From the NCBI GenBank assembly GCA_964016885.1, contig OZ024760.1:30938001-31002000 (forward strand): DNA of 64,000 nucleotides, read 5' to 3'. The position numbers were made by a program, and so were the translations under genes. Numbering within the stretch: position 1 is the stretch's first letter; every line of letters starts with the position of its first letter. Shown here in pieces: positions 38,319 through 49,744 of the stretch. Origin of the DNA: Eledone cirrhosa. Lineage: Eukaryota. The notes beneath the pieces are model-generated. The model searched no databases, was not told the DNA's origin, and was given only the letters and a program-made list of their open reading frames with translations.

Positions 38319-39868
38319 TCTATATATACTATTGTATTTTCACAGTAAAGGGTTTACCTCACATAATATCTCACATAACATTTACATTACTCTATATATA
38401 CTATTGTATTTCCACAGTAAAGGCTTTACCTCACATAATATCTCACATAACATTTACATTACTCTATATATTCTATTGTATTTTCACAGTAAAGGCTTTA
38501 CCTCACATAATATCTCACATAACATTTACATTACTCTATATATACTATTGTATTTTCACACTAAAGGCTTTACCTCACATAATATCTCACATAGCACTTA
38601 CATTACTCTATATATACTATTGTATTTCCACAGTAAAGGCTTTACCTCACATAATATCTCACATAACATTTACATTACTCTATATATTCTATTGTATTTT
38701 CACACTAAAGGCTTTACCTCACATAATATCTCACATAGCACTTACATTACTCTATATATACTATTGTATTTCCACAGTAAAGGCTTTACCTCACATAATA
38801 TCTCACATAACATTTACATTACTCTATATATACTATTGTATTTTCACAGTAAAGGCTTTACCTCACATAACATCTCACATAACACTTACATTACTCTATA
38901 TATACTATTGTATTTCCACAGTAAAGGCTTTACCTCACATAATATCTCACATAACATTTACATTACTCTATATATACTATTGTATTTTCACAGTAAAGAC
39001 TTTACCTCACATAATATCTCACATAACATTTATATTACTCTATATATACTATTGTATTTCCACAGTAAAGGCTTTACCTCACATAATATCTCACATAACA
39101 TTTACATTACTCTATATATACTGTTGTATTTCCACAGTAAAGGCTTTACCTCACATAATATCTCACATAACATTTACATTACTCTATATATTCTATTGTA
39201 TTTTCACACTAAAGGCTTTACCTCACATAATATCTCACATAACATTTACATTACTCTATATATACTATTGTATTTTCACAGTAAAGGCTTCACCTCACAT
39301 AATATCTCACATAACATTTAGATTACTATATATATACTATTCTATTTTCACAGTAAAGGCTTTACCTCACATAATATCTCACATAACATTTACATTACTC
39401 TATATATACTATTGTATTTTCACAGTAAAGGCTTCACCTCACATAATATCTCACATAACATTTACATTACTCTATATATACTATTCTATTTTCACAGTAA
39501 AGGCTTTAGCTCACATAATATCTCACATAACATTTACATTACTCTATATATACTATTGTATTTTCACAATAAAGGCTTTACCTCACATAATATCTCACAT
39601 AACATTTACATTACTCTATATTTACTATTGTATTTTCAGAGTAAAGGCTTTACCTCACATAATATCTCACATAACACTTACATTACTCTATATATACTAT
39701 TGTATTTTCACAGTAAAGGCTTCACCTCACATAATATCTCACATAACATTTACATTACTCTATATATACTATTGTATTTTCATAGTAAAGGCTTTACCTC
39801 ACATAACATTTACATTACTCTATATATACTATTGTATTTTCAGAGTAAAGGCTTTACCTCACATAATA
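38317..39868. repeat. 72-bp satellite, right arm (more homogeneous)
   Basis: 72-bp period (CACAG at 38341, 38413 and onward), about 21 units. Confidence 0.96.
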
Positions 39869-40019
39869 CCGAATCTATGAGATTTTGATATTATTTTGAG
39901 AACAATATCTTAACTTCAGTATGAGTGGCCAGTTACAGCTGGTTTAACAGAAAGAGGTGAAAGAATTCTGGCCGGATACGGCCGGTTTAAATGGGTTAAA
40001 CACAGAAATATATGGTTAC

Positions 40020-40056
40020 CATCAATGTTATCCATGTTTTCCTCATCATACACCAT
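40020..40056 (-). CDS. First coding exon portion (exon 40134-40020 incl. 5' UTR)
   Basis: tttcattcaattacag| acceptor; AAGATGG start context with an upstream in-frame TAA. Encodes MVYDEENMDNID then G|gtaacc, phase 1, giving GAT with exon 31995. Confidence 0.72.
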
Positions 40057-40167
40057 CTTGGACGGTTGACTTGTGTTGCCGTTGGCTTCCCTTTAGGTTT
40101 CAAAAAATATTTAGAAAATGACTGATTTTTCTATCTGTAATTGAATGAAAATTAAAAAAATACACCA

Positions 40168-40227
<60 letters not shown>

Positions 40228-40324
40228 TTAAATAATTTTGAAAACCAGCCAATAATTTAAATTTGTTTCCTATTCAACAATGCTTCAAGCTAGCTACAAA
40301 ACGGTATTATATATATATATATAC

Positions 40325-40373
<49 letters not shown>

Positions 40374-40759
40374 CCAATGTCTCCATAGGGGAAATATATG
40401 CCAAACCAACTAATGTACGAGAGATTCGTACATTAATGGCAAAAGGAATTTTCTTTTTCTGTCTTATATATATATATATATAACACTATATATATATATA
40501 TATATATATAACACTATATATATATATATATATATATATAACACTAAGACTTATTAAAATAATATAAACAATTCACTATCCAGCTGGCTTCCAAAAATAA
40601 TGGTTGCATTTTAAAAGGGTACATCAAAGCTTATTTGTAAAACTGTTATATATTGTATTTTGTCTGATGAAGGCATACCATAATTTAATTTGGTATCCCT
40701 GAAATATGTATAATGAAATAAATATGGTTTTATAAATATAGTTTCCATTTATTAATATC

Positions 40760-40795
<36 letters not shown>

Positions 40796-41233
40796 AAGTA
40801 TTAGAAGTAAAATAACCAATTTATATTATAAGTTTTTTTTTATGTAAATTGTTAATTTTCTTCAAATACTTTTGAATGTACTAGCTCTGCTTATTTCCTA
40901 AATGCATCACTAATTTTTTCGAAGCCCTAACCAACCTCTTCCCCTAACGCTTGTTTTGCATGATATAACCATTGAGCAATCACGTCTGACCCTGGCTGAA
41001 CCCATGCTAGTGCGGAAAAATTGATGTTAAACGGAAATTATGATATATGTCGCTACTCTCCTTTCAGTTTTGATTCTGTACTTCTACTTTTCATATATAT
41101 ATATATATATAGAATTCACAAGAATCAAAGCTATGTTCAAAGCATTTATTCACTTACAATTGTTTCATCCAAACATTGAGCTATTTATCTTACTGGTAAT
41201 AAGGTAGTAATAAATTACTGACCTTTCCTGTTT

Positions 41234-41336
41234 AAAATATACATAACTATAAAAAGTGTAAAATATACATAACTATAAAAAGTGTAAAATATACATAACT
41301 ATAAATAGTGTAAAATATACATAACTATAAATAGTA
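41234..41336. repeat. 26-bp AT-rich tandem repeat x4
   Basis: AAAATATACATAACTATAAAAAGTGT repeated. Confidence 0.9.
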
Positions 41337-41352
41337 TCCTTAATATTATGTG

Positions 41353-41700
41353 TCATCATCATCATCATCATCATTTTCATTTTACGTCCGCTTTTCCCTG
41401 CTTGCAAGGGTGGGACGGGAACTGATTCTGGCATGATTTCTACAACTGGATGCCCTTCCTAACACCAACCTCATTTACAGTGAGTGCTGGGTGCTTTTTT
41501 GCCGTGGCACCTCCACGACCACTTTGCAGTGGAATGATAGGGACCCCACTCCCTATCATCTCATTTCTACAGCTGAGTAAACTGGAGCAATGTGAAATAA
41601 AGTCTCTTGCTCAAGGAAACAACACATCACCCGTTCTGAGAATTGAACTCACAACCTTTCGATTGCAAGGCCAATGCTCTAACCACTAAGCCATGTGCCT
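41353..41700 (-). mobile_element. tRNA-derived CORE-type SINE, full length, (GAT)n tail
   Basis: Head GGAGGCACATGGCTTAGTGGTTAGAGC...GAGTTCAATTC. Highly similar to 20607-20938. Confidence 0.83.
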
Positions 41701-41893
41701 CCATATATATATATGTACATATATACATATATATATATATATGTGTGTATATATATATATACACGATACTATGAGTATGTGGTTAGAATGTCTCAGGGTA
41801 GAATCACTGGACAGATTTTACAGGCAAAACCAACCGACAGGAGACCCAGAGCTTAACCCCGAGAAAATGGTTGGATAACATCCATCAGCTTGG

Positions 41894-44035
41894 CAGGTCC
41901 TGCTGGACGGAGTGTTTGAGGGCTCTGCCCCCATGACCCTCTCAGAAATAAGTGGTGATAGGACCTGCTGGAGGGAGTGTTTGAGGATTCTGCCCCCATG
42001 ACCCTCTCAGAAATAAGTGGTGACAGGACCTGCTGGAGGGAGTGTTTGAGGGCTCTGCCTCCATGACCCTCTCAGAAATAAAATAAGTGGTGACAGAACC
42101 TGCTGGAGCAATAGGACTCTGCCCCTATGAGCCTCTCAGAAATAAGTGGTGACAGGACCTGCTGGAGGGAGTGTTTGAGGACTCTTCCCCCATGACCCTC
42201 TCAGAAATAAGTGGTGACAGGACCTGCTGGAGGGAGTGTTTGAGGGCTCTGCCTCCATGACCCTCTCAGAAATAAAATAAGTGGTGACAGAACCTGCTGG
42301 AGCAATAGGACTCTGCCCCTATGAGCCTCTCAGAAATAAGTGGTGATAGGACCTGCTGGAGGGAGTGTTTGAGGACTCTTCCCCCATGACCCTCTCAGAA
42401 ATAAGTGGTGACAGGACCTGCTGGAGGCAGTGTTTGAGGACTCTGCCCCCATGACCCTCTCAGAAATAAGTGGTGATAGGACCTGCTGGAGGGAGTGTTT
42501 GAGGACTCTGCCCCCATGACCCTTTCAGAAATAAGTGGTGATAGGACCTGCTGGAGGGAGTGTTTGAGGACTCTTCCCCCATGACCCTCTCAGAAATAAG
42601 TGGTGACAGGACCTGCTGGAGGCAGTGTTTGAGGACTCTGCCCCCATGACCCTTTCAGAAATAAGTGGTGATAGGACCTGCTGGAGGGAGTGTTTGAGGA
42701 CTCTGCCCCCATGACCCTTTCAGAAATAAGTGGTGATAGGACCTGCTGGAGGGAGTGTTTGAGGACTCTGCCCCCATGACCCTTTCAGAAATAAGTGGTG
42801 ATAGGACCTGCTGGAGGGAGTGTTTGAGGACTCTGCCCCCATGACCCTCTCAGAAATAAGTGGTGACAGGACCTGCTGGAGGGAGTGTTTGAGGACTCTT
42901 CCCCCATGACCCTCTCAGAAATAAGTGGTGACAGGACCTGCTGGAGGGAGTGTTTGAGGACTCTGCCCCCATGACCCTTTCAGAAATAAGTGGTGATAGG
43001 ACCTGCTGGAGGGAGTGTTTGAGGACTCTTCCCCCATGACCCTCTCAGAAATAAGTGGTGACAGGACCTGCTGGAGGGAGTGTTTGAGGACTCTGCCCCC
43101 ATGACCCTCTCAGAAATTAGTGGTGACAGGACCTGCTGGAGGGAGTGTTTGAGGGCTCTGCCTCCATGACCCTCTCAGAAATAAAATAAGTGGTGACAGG
43201 ACCTGCTGGAGGGAGTGTTTGAGGACTCTGCCCCCATGACCCTCTCAGAAATTAGTGGTGACAGGACCTGCTGGAGGGAGTGTTTGAGGACTCTGCCCCC
43301 ATGACCCTCTCAGAAATAAGTGGTGATAGGACCTGCTGGAGGGAGTGTTTGAGGACTCTGCCCCCATGACCCTCTCAGAAATAAGTGGTGACAGGACCTG
43401 CTGGAGGGAGTGTTTGAGGACTCTTCCCCCATGACCCTCTCAGAAATAAGTAGTGACAGGACCTGCTGGAGGGAGTGTTTGAGGACTCTGCCCCCATGAC
43501 CCTCTCAGAAATAAGTGGTGATAGGACCTGCTGGAGGGAGTGTTTGAGGACTCTGCCCCCATGACCCTCTCAGAAATAAGTGGTGACAGGACCTGCTGGA
43601 GGGAGTGTTTGAGGACTCTTCCCCCATGACCCTCTCAGAAATAAGTGGTGACAGGACCTGCTGGAGGGAGTGTTTGAGGACTCTGCCCCCATGACCCTTT
43701 CAGAAATAAGTGGTGATAGGACCTGCTGGAGGGAGTGTTTGAGGACTCTGCCCCCATGACCCTCTCAGAAATAAGTGGTGACAGGACCTGCTGGAGGGAG
43801 TGTTTGAGGACTCTGCCCACATGACCCTCTCAGAAATAAGTGGTGATAGGACCTGCTGGAGGGAGTGTTTGAGGACTTGCCCCCATGACCCTCTCAGAAA
43901 TAAGTGGTGATAGGACCTGCTGGAGGGAGTGTTTGAGGACTCTTCCCCCATGACCCTCTCAGAAATTAGTGGTGATAGGACCTGCTGGAGCGAGTGTTTG
44001 AGGACTCTTCCCCCATGACCCTCTCAGAAATTAGT
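41894..44035. repeat. 65-bp GC-balanced minisatellite, ~33 copies
   Basis: GGACCTGCTGGAGGGAGTGTTTGAGGACTCTGCCCCCATGACCCTCTCAGAAATAAGTGGTGAYA with 65-bp period and recurrent variants. Confidence 0.97.
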
Positions 44036-44141
44036 TGAAGAAAAGATTATATATCTATATTTATAGCATGGAAAATAGACGTTAAATGATGATATTACAT
44101 ATATATATATATATATATTCTATTTTATACAGAAGAGACTA

Positions 44142-44233
44142 CTACAGGTCTAGAACTATTTCATTCGTATGAAATCATTAGGAAAGCGCTTTCCTGATGA
44201 TTTCATACAAATGAAACAGCTCTAGTCCTGTAG
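44142..44233. repeat. ~92-bp imperfect palindrome centred on AGGAAAGCGCTTTCCT, each arm with a hammerhead-like CTGATGA...GAAA relic
   Basis: CTACAGGTCTAGAACTATTTCATTCGTATGAAATCATTAGGAAAGC | GCTTTCCTGATGATTTCATACAAATGAAACAGCTCTAGTCCTGTAG. Confidence 0.8.
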
Positions 44234-44504
44234 AAATCACTTCTATATGAAATAAAGAATGCTTAAACTCTACTGATATATTGAGTACCTTTTTCATCTT
44301 AAGCTACCCCACTGCCGACACAACTCATATATATATATATATAATACCCGTTTCTTAAAAGGAAAGAATTAAAATGTAGTGTTGACATAGCCACATATCG
44401 CACAACACTGCATATAAACAAAACAAAAAATCAATTGTTGACAATTAACAATAGAAAAGCAATCGTCTCCACCAACACCACACTCTCTCTCTCTCTCGCT
44501 CTCC

Positions 44505-44763
<259 letters not shown>

Positions 44764-45291
44764 TGTTACATATCTACTGTATCTATATAGTCAGAAACTA
44801 AAACTTCACTCCAAATATTATTATCCAGTAATATTTGATTGTGAAGTTTACGAGACTCAATTACCACTGGTCAATGTTGAGTTATTAGGTGTCCTCGCAG
44901 CCCTATAGCAGCTCCTCTGAGGAAGGACCCCCTCCCCTATTACCACTGGTCACTGTAGTCATCAGGTGTCCTCGCAGCTCTTCTGAAGAAGGAAACCCCC
45001 CATGAGGTGGTGTGGCTGATGCAGTGAGTGTTGCTGGCCACTGTCCTTAGAAATACCTTTGCCATTTTGTCGTCGGGGATGCACCACTCTGACCCAAGTG
45101 TAGTGTCTGTCACCCTCTCCCCTTCCTTTCGTCACCTAATAATCCTTGCCTCCCCCTTCCTCTCACAGCATTTATAGTGCTTTCCAATACTACTTTCTTT
45201 TTCTATATATTTGACTAAATATTAATTTTCATGTAATTTTATCCTAGAAATATTTGTGTATTTTGAAATAAAATTTGATTAATTACTGAAT

Positions 45292-45406
45292 CAGCAGCAA
45301 CAACAACAACAGTTACAGCAACAACAACAACAACAATAACAACAACAGTAACAACAACAGCAACAACAACAGTAACAACAACAGCAACAACAGTAACAAC
45401 AACAGC

Positions 45407-45437
<31 letters not shown>

Positions 45438-45664
45438 GTAACAACAACAGTAACAACAACAGTAACAACAGTAACAATAACAACAGCAGCAACAACAACA
45501 GTAACAATAACAACAGCAGTAACAGTTACAGCAACAACAACAGAAACAGTAACAACAACAACAGTAACAACAGCAACAACAACAACAACAACAGAAACAA
45601 CAGCAACTGCAGCAACAGTAACAACAACAACAGTAGCAGCAACAACAACAACAACAGAAACAGT

Positions 45665-45696
<32 letters not shown>

Positions 45697-46017
45697 CGAC
45701 AACAGCAACAACAACAACAACAACGACGACGACAACAACAACAACAACAGTAGCAGCAACAGTAACAACAACAATAGTAGCAGCAACAGTAACAACAACA
45801 ACAGTAGCAGCAACAACAACAGCAACAACAACAACAACGACGACGACGACGGCAACAGCAACAACGACGACGACGACGGCAACAGCAACAACAACAACAA
45901 CGACACCAACAACAACAACAGCAACAGCAGCAACAGTAACAACAACAACAACAACAACGACGACGACAGCAACAACAACAACGACAACAACAACAGTAAC
46001 AGTAACAGTAACAGTAA

Positions 46018-46062
<45 letters not shown>

Positions 46063-46063
46063 C

Positions 46064-46097
<34 letters not shown>

Positions 46098-46250
46098 GCA
46101 ACAACAACAACAACAACAACAACAACAGCAGCAGCAGCAGCAACAGCAGCAACAGCAGCAACAGCAGCAACAGCAGCAACAGCAGCAACAGCAGCAACAG
46201 CAACAGCAACAACAACAACAACGGCAACAACGGCAACAACAACAACAAGC
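45292..46250. repeat. ~960-bp (CAA/CAG/TAA/CGA)n trinucleotide array
   Basis: Degenerate CAR repeat. No start or splice context, so the poly-V/L/A ORFs are artefacts. Confidence 0.93.
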
Positions 46251-46295
46251 AAAACTGGGAAAACTGAGTTTTCTTTAAAATTATTGGGAACTCTG

Positions 46296-46470
46296 GGGCA
46301 ACTCTGACCCGATAGAAGTTAGTAGGGGGTCCCGGGGGTATAATAGGGCAACTCTGACCCGATAGAAGTTAGTAGGAGGGTCTCGGGGGTATAATGGGGC
46401 AACTCTGACCCGACAGAAGTTAGTAGGGGGTCCCGGGGGTATAATGAGGCAACTCTGACCCGATAGAAGT
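46296..46470. repeat. 50-51-bp minisatellite, ~3.5 copies
   Basis: ACTCTGACCCGATAGAAGT at 46301, 46351, 46402 and 46452. Confidence 0.92.
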
Positions 46471-46575
46471 GAGAACATCAATAATTCAAGTTTTAAAAAA
46501 TATATTTAGGGAGAGAAAGTCATATATCGTTTGAGAAACACACAGTATTTGGTACACATGGTTATTATACACACA

Positions 46576-47168
46576 CTAGCAGTGGTATACGGCGTTGCAC
46601 GGGATAAGGTATTTTGGAACGCGGGCTGCCAACAGACATAATCGTGGAAAAACTGCATGCCTGGACAATATGTAAAGAAAATAAACCGAATACTTTGATG
46701 GCTGGATAATCTTTAAGATTTTCCTCGATGAAACAGGAAAAATGCAGGTTTTCACCTAATGCGGGCCCTAGGGGGTGCCTTGAAATTTCGGGAAAATCGG
46801 CTAGACGTAACGCCTCAAAAAAGCCCTAAAAGGCTGAAAAAAATGAAGTTTTTCACCTACTGCGGGCTCTAGGCCATAAAAAAAGTTGGAATTTCTTTTC
46901 TCACAGTATGAAGAGACTGACTAATACATAGTTACAATTTCAAGGAAATCGGTCTGACGTAACGCCTAAAAGAAAACCCTAAAAAGCTGAAAAAACGCAG
47001 ACCCTAGGGGATCAAAAAGTTGAATTTGATGTGCATAACACCGCCTGAAACATAAATAATACACATGTAAAGTTTGAAAAAAGACGGTTAGGTACTTCTC
47101 GAGTTTTAGGGATTCGAACTCACACACACAGACACACAGACAAATATCCTCAGTTTTATATATATAGA
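46576..47168 (-). mobile_element. Non-autonomous Helitron-like element
   Basis: Minus strand starts TCTATATATATAAAACTGAG followed by (TGTC/TG)n. It ends CCCGTGCAACGCCGTATACCACTG-CTAG|T (subterminal hairpin relic + CTAG). Internal ~120-150-bp duplication. Confidence 0.72.
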
Positions 47169-47207
47169 GACTAGCAGAAAACCATCCGCGGGGCAGTTTT
47201 CTGCTAG

Positions 47208-47646
47208 TCTATATATCTAAAACAGAGAATGTCTGTCTGTCTGTCAGCTCACTAAAACTTGAGAACCATCCAACCGATTGTTTTCAAATTGTAGACATGT
47301 AATACTTATGGTCCTGTGAGTGTTTTGAGCAAAAATTATTTCAAATGTTCAATGATACATAGATATAACGTTGCGCCCTTATAATATCTGTCTGTATGTC
47401 TGCCTGTCTGCATTACGTCATTATGACGCGCTCAGCGCGATTCCCTCGGCCTCAGTGACCAAAGTCAGTGGAGAGGGGAAGGTAATGTTTCTGTAGCACG
47501 TGTTTTAGCGTCTATTCACTCTCTCTCTCTCCCTCCCGCTATCCCCCTCTCGTAGTCTGTCTCTTTCTTTCACTCTCACTCTCTCTCTACGCACGTGTTT
47601 CCACTGTCGGACAGACAGACAGAGAAATTGCTGGTTATATATATAA
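47208..47646 (+). mobile_element. Helitron-like 5' fragment(s)
   Basis: TCTATATATCTAAAACAGAGAATGTCTGTCTGTCTGTC start, with an opposing 5'-like end at ~47610-47646. Confidence 0.55.
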
Positions 47647-48145
47647 GTAGATGTGAGTGTGTGTGTGTCTGTATATATATATGTGTCTATATATAGAGAC
47701 ACACATATATATATATATTATAAAATAACAGGAGGCTGGACTTGTGTATAAATCCTTTAAAGGTTTATTATACTAGGATCAATTCAACAAACCTAAATAA
47801 ATATATATGAGCAAATGGGGTCCCACGTCGTAGCAACATAACTAAGACAATATATTTCAATGTAATTCTGGACTCAGAGTCCAGAATTAGCCGTCGAAAC
47901 GGCTTGAGCTCTGCCGTCGGGGTCATACTTGTTCCTATCTGGATTCTGAATCCAGAATTACATTGCAATATATTGTCTTAGTTATGTTGCTACGACGTGG
48001 GACCCCATTTGCTCACCATGGGGAGGACGAGAGAGATGGAGGCGATGACAGTGGGGGGTTGGGCTAGTGTAGTAATGGGAGTTAATCCTAGTTGGTTGTT
48101 TAAGTAAGTGTTTCAACTTGAATCATACAATTAGAGAAGCAGTTA

Positions 48146-48497
48146 TAATAATTGTTTCTACTTTTTGGCACAAGGCCAGCAATTATTCCAGGGTATTACT
48201 GGTACTTTATTTTATCGACCCGTAAGGATGAAAGGCAAAGTTAACCACGGCGGGATTTGAACTGACTGTAAAGGGACGTAACTATGCTAGAAAGCATGGC
48301 GTCCGACCCTCTACCGATACTGCCAATCCATCGCCCTGGCGTCGTATTAATAATGGTTTCTAATATAGGCACAAGGCCAGCAATTTTGGGGGAGGGGAAA
48401 GTCGATTAAATCGACTCCAGTGCGTTACTGGTACTTTATTTTATCGACCCCGTAAGGATGAAAGGCAAAGTTAACCTCAGCGGGGTTTGAACTCAAT
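48146..48497 (-). mobile_element. Two head-to-tail Meta-type SINE copies
   Basis: Family motif TACTGGTACTTTATTTTATCGACCC..TAAGGATGAAAGGCAAAG at ~48197 and ~48426. Confidence 0.85.
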
Positions 48498-48765
48498 GAC
48501 TAACATATTACCTCGATTCAAACGACTATCATCATCATCATGACATTCCTCTATATCTGTTGCCTCCCTAATTTTGCTACGACGAGGGATTCTCTTTCCA
48601 CTCACTTCCGGCGTTCTTGTAGCAACGTGACTGACATAGGGAACGCCGTGGTGTGTGTGTGTACATTTTAAATAGTTACAGGTGGTCATATATATATTTA
48701 TGTGTGTATATATATATATATATGAACAAGTATGACCCCGAGGGCAGAGCTCAAGCCGTTTCGAC

Positions 48766-49146
48766 GGTAGAGGGTTGGACGCCATGCTTTACAGCAAAGA
48801 GTTACGGCCCTTTATGATCTGAGTTCAAATCCCGCTGAGGTTAACTTTGCCTTTCATCCTTAAGGGGTCGATAAAATAAAGTACCAGTAATACCCTGGAA
48901 TAATTGCTGATCTTGTGCCAAAAAGTAGAAACAATTATTAATACGATGCCAGGGCGATGGATTGGCAGTATCCGTAGAGGGTCGGACGCCATGCTTTGCA
49001 GCAAAGAGTTACGGCCCTTGCCATTCTGAGTTCAAATCCCGCCGAGGTTAACTTTGCCTTTCATCCTTACGGGGTCGATAAAATAAAGTACCAGTAATAC
49101 CCTGGAATAATTGCTGGCCTTGTGCCAAAAAGTAGAAACAATTATT
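48766..49146 (+). mobile_element. Two head-to-tail Meta-type SINE copies (opposite orientation)
   Basis: GGTAGAGGG..GGACGCCATGCTT...GAGTTCAAATCCCGC..CTTTGCCTTTCATCCTT twice. Confidence 0.85.
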
Positions 49147-49339
49147 ATAACTGCTTCTCTAATTGTATGATTCAAGTTGAAACACTTACTTAAACAACCA
49201 ACTAGGATTAACTCCCATTACTACACTAGCCCAACCCCCACTGTCATCGCCTCCATCTCTCTCGTCCTCCCCATGGTGAGCAAATGGGGTCCCACGTCGT
49301 AGCAACATAACTAAGACAATATATTGCAATGTAACGTAC

Positions 49340-49460
49340 GTCTTGTCTATCTGAGAGTAAAGTTTGGAGAGTTCCACAGAGTTCTGTAAATAAAACACAC
49401 GTGCTAGTATGTAACTTCAGTATCTACCACTTCCGGTCAAAGGAAGGCGTGACGTCATAA
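49340..49460 (-). promoter_or_regulatory. Candidate promoter / non-coding first exon of the minus-strand gene
   Basis: CpG-containing island with CRE TGACGTCA (49450-49457), ETS CCGGAAGTG (49436-49428) and E-box CACGTG (49398-49403). Donor-like AC|GTACGT at 49340/49339. Confidence 0.3.
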
Positions 49461-49522
49461 TTAACATATTCTCAAGAGAAGTTTAAACATTTATTTTGTA
49501 TTAAAAAAAAATATTATTGACT

Positions 49523-49682
49523 ATGGACGCCATGCTTTCTAGCATAGTTACGTCCCTTTACATTCTGAGTTCAAATCCTGCCGGGTTAACTTTGCCTTTC
49601 ATCCTTACGGGGTCGATAAAATAAAGTACCAGTAATGTACTGGGTATTTGCTGGCCTTGTGCCTAAAGTAGAAACAATTATT
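49523..49682 (+). mobile_element. 5'-truncated Meta-type SINE
   Basis: GGACGCCATGCTTTCTAGC...GAGTTCAAATCC...GTAGAAACAATTATT. Confidence 0.82.
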
Positions 49683-49744
49683 GACTAAATATAATTCTAA
49701 AAACAAATAATAGTTTATGATTTAGGAACAAGGCGAAAACACAC

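Larger units (their letters stand above)
33698..39999. mobile_element. Giant piggyBac-type MITE copy: internal 72-bp unit amplified into a satellite and interrupted by a LINE
   Basis: Left end TTAACCCTTTACCATTTACA. Right part 39869-39999 (GAATCTATGAGATTTTG...CCGGTTTAAATGGGTTAA) matches the monomers at 27519 and 29004. Confidence 0.85.
47808..49334. repeat. Nested long inverted repeats built from unique DNA plus Meta-type SINEs
   Basis: 47808-47879 is inverted at 47946-48015. ~47956-48350 is inverted at ~48938-49334 and is nearly identical over its unique ~190 bp. Confidence 0.9.

Noticed and set aside
38258-39888. 540-aa and 329-aa repetitive ORFs
   Set aside because: They are translations of the 72-bp satellite, whose length is a multiple of 3.
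45239-46252. Poly-Q/poly-V/poly-L or mucin-like protein
   Set aside because: Trinucleotide microsatellite. The Q frame has frequent TAA and there is no supporting start or splice context.
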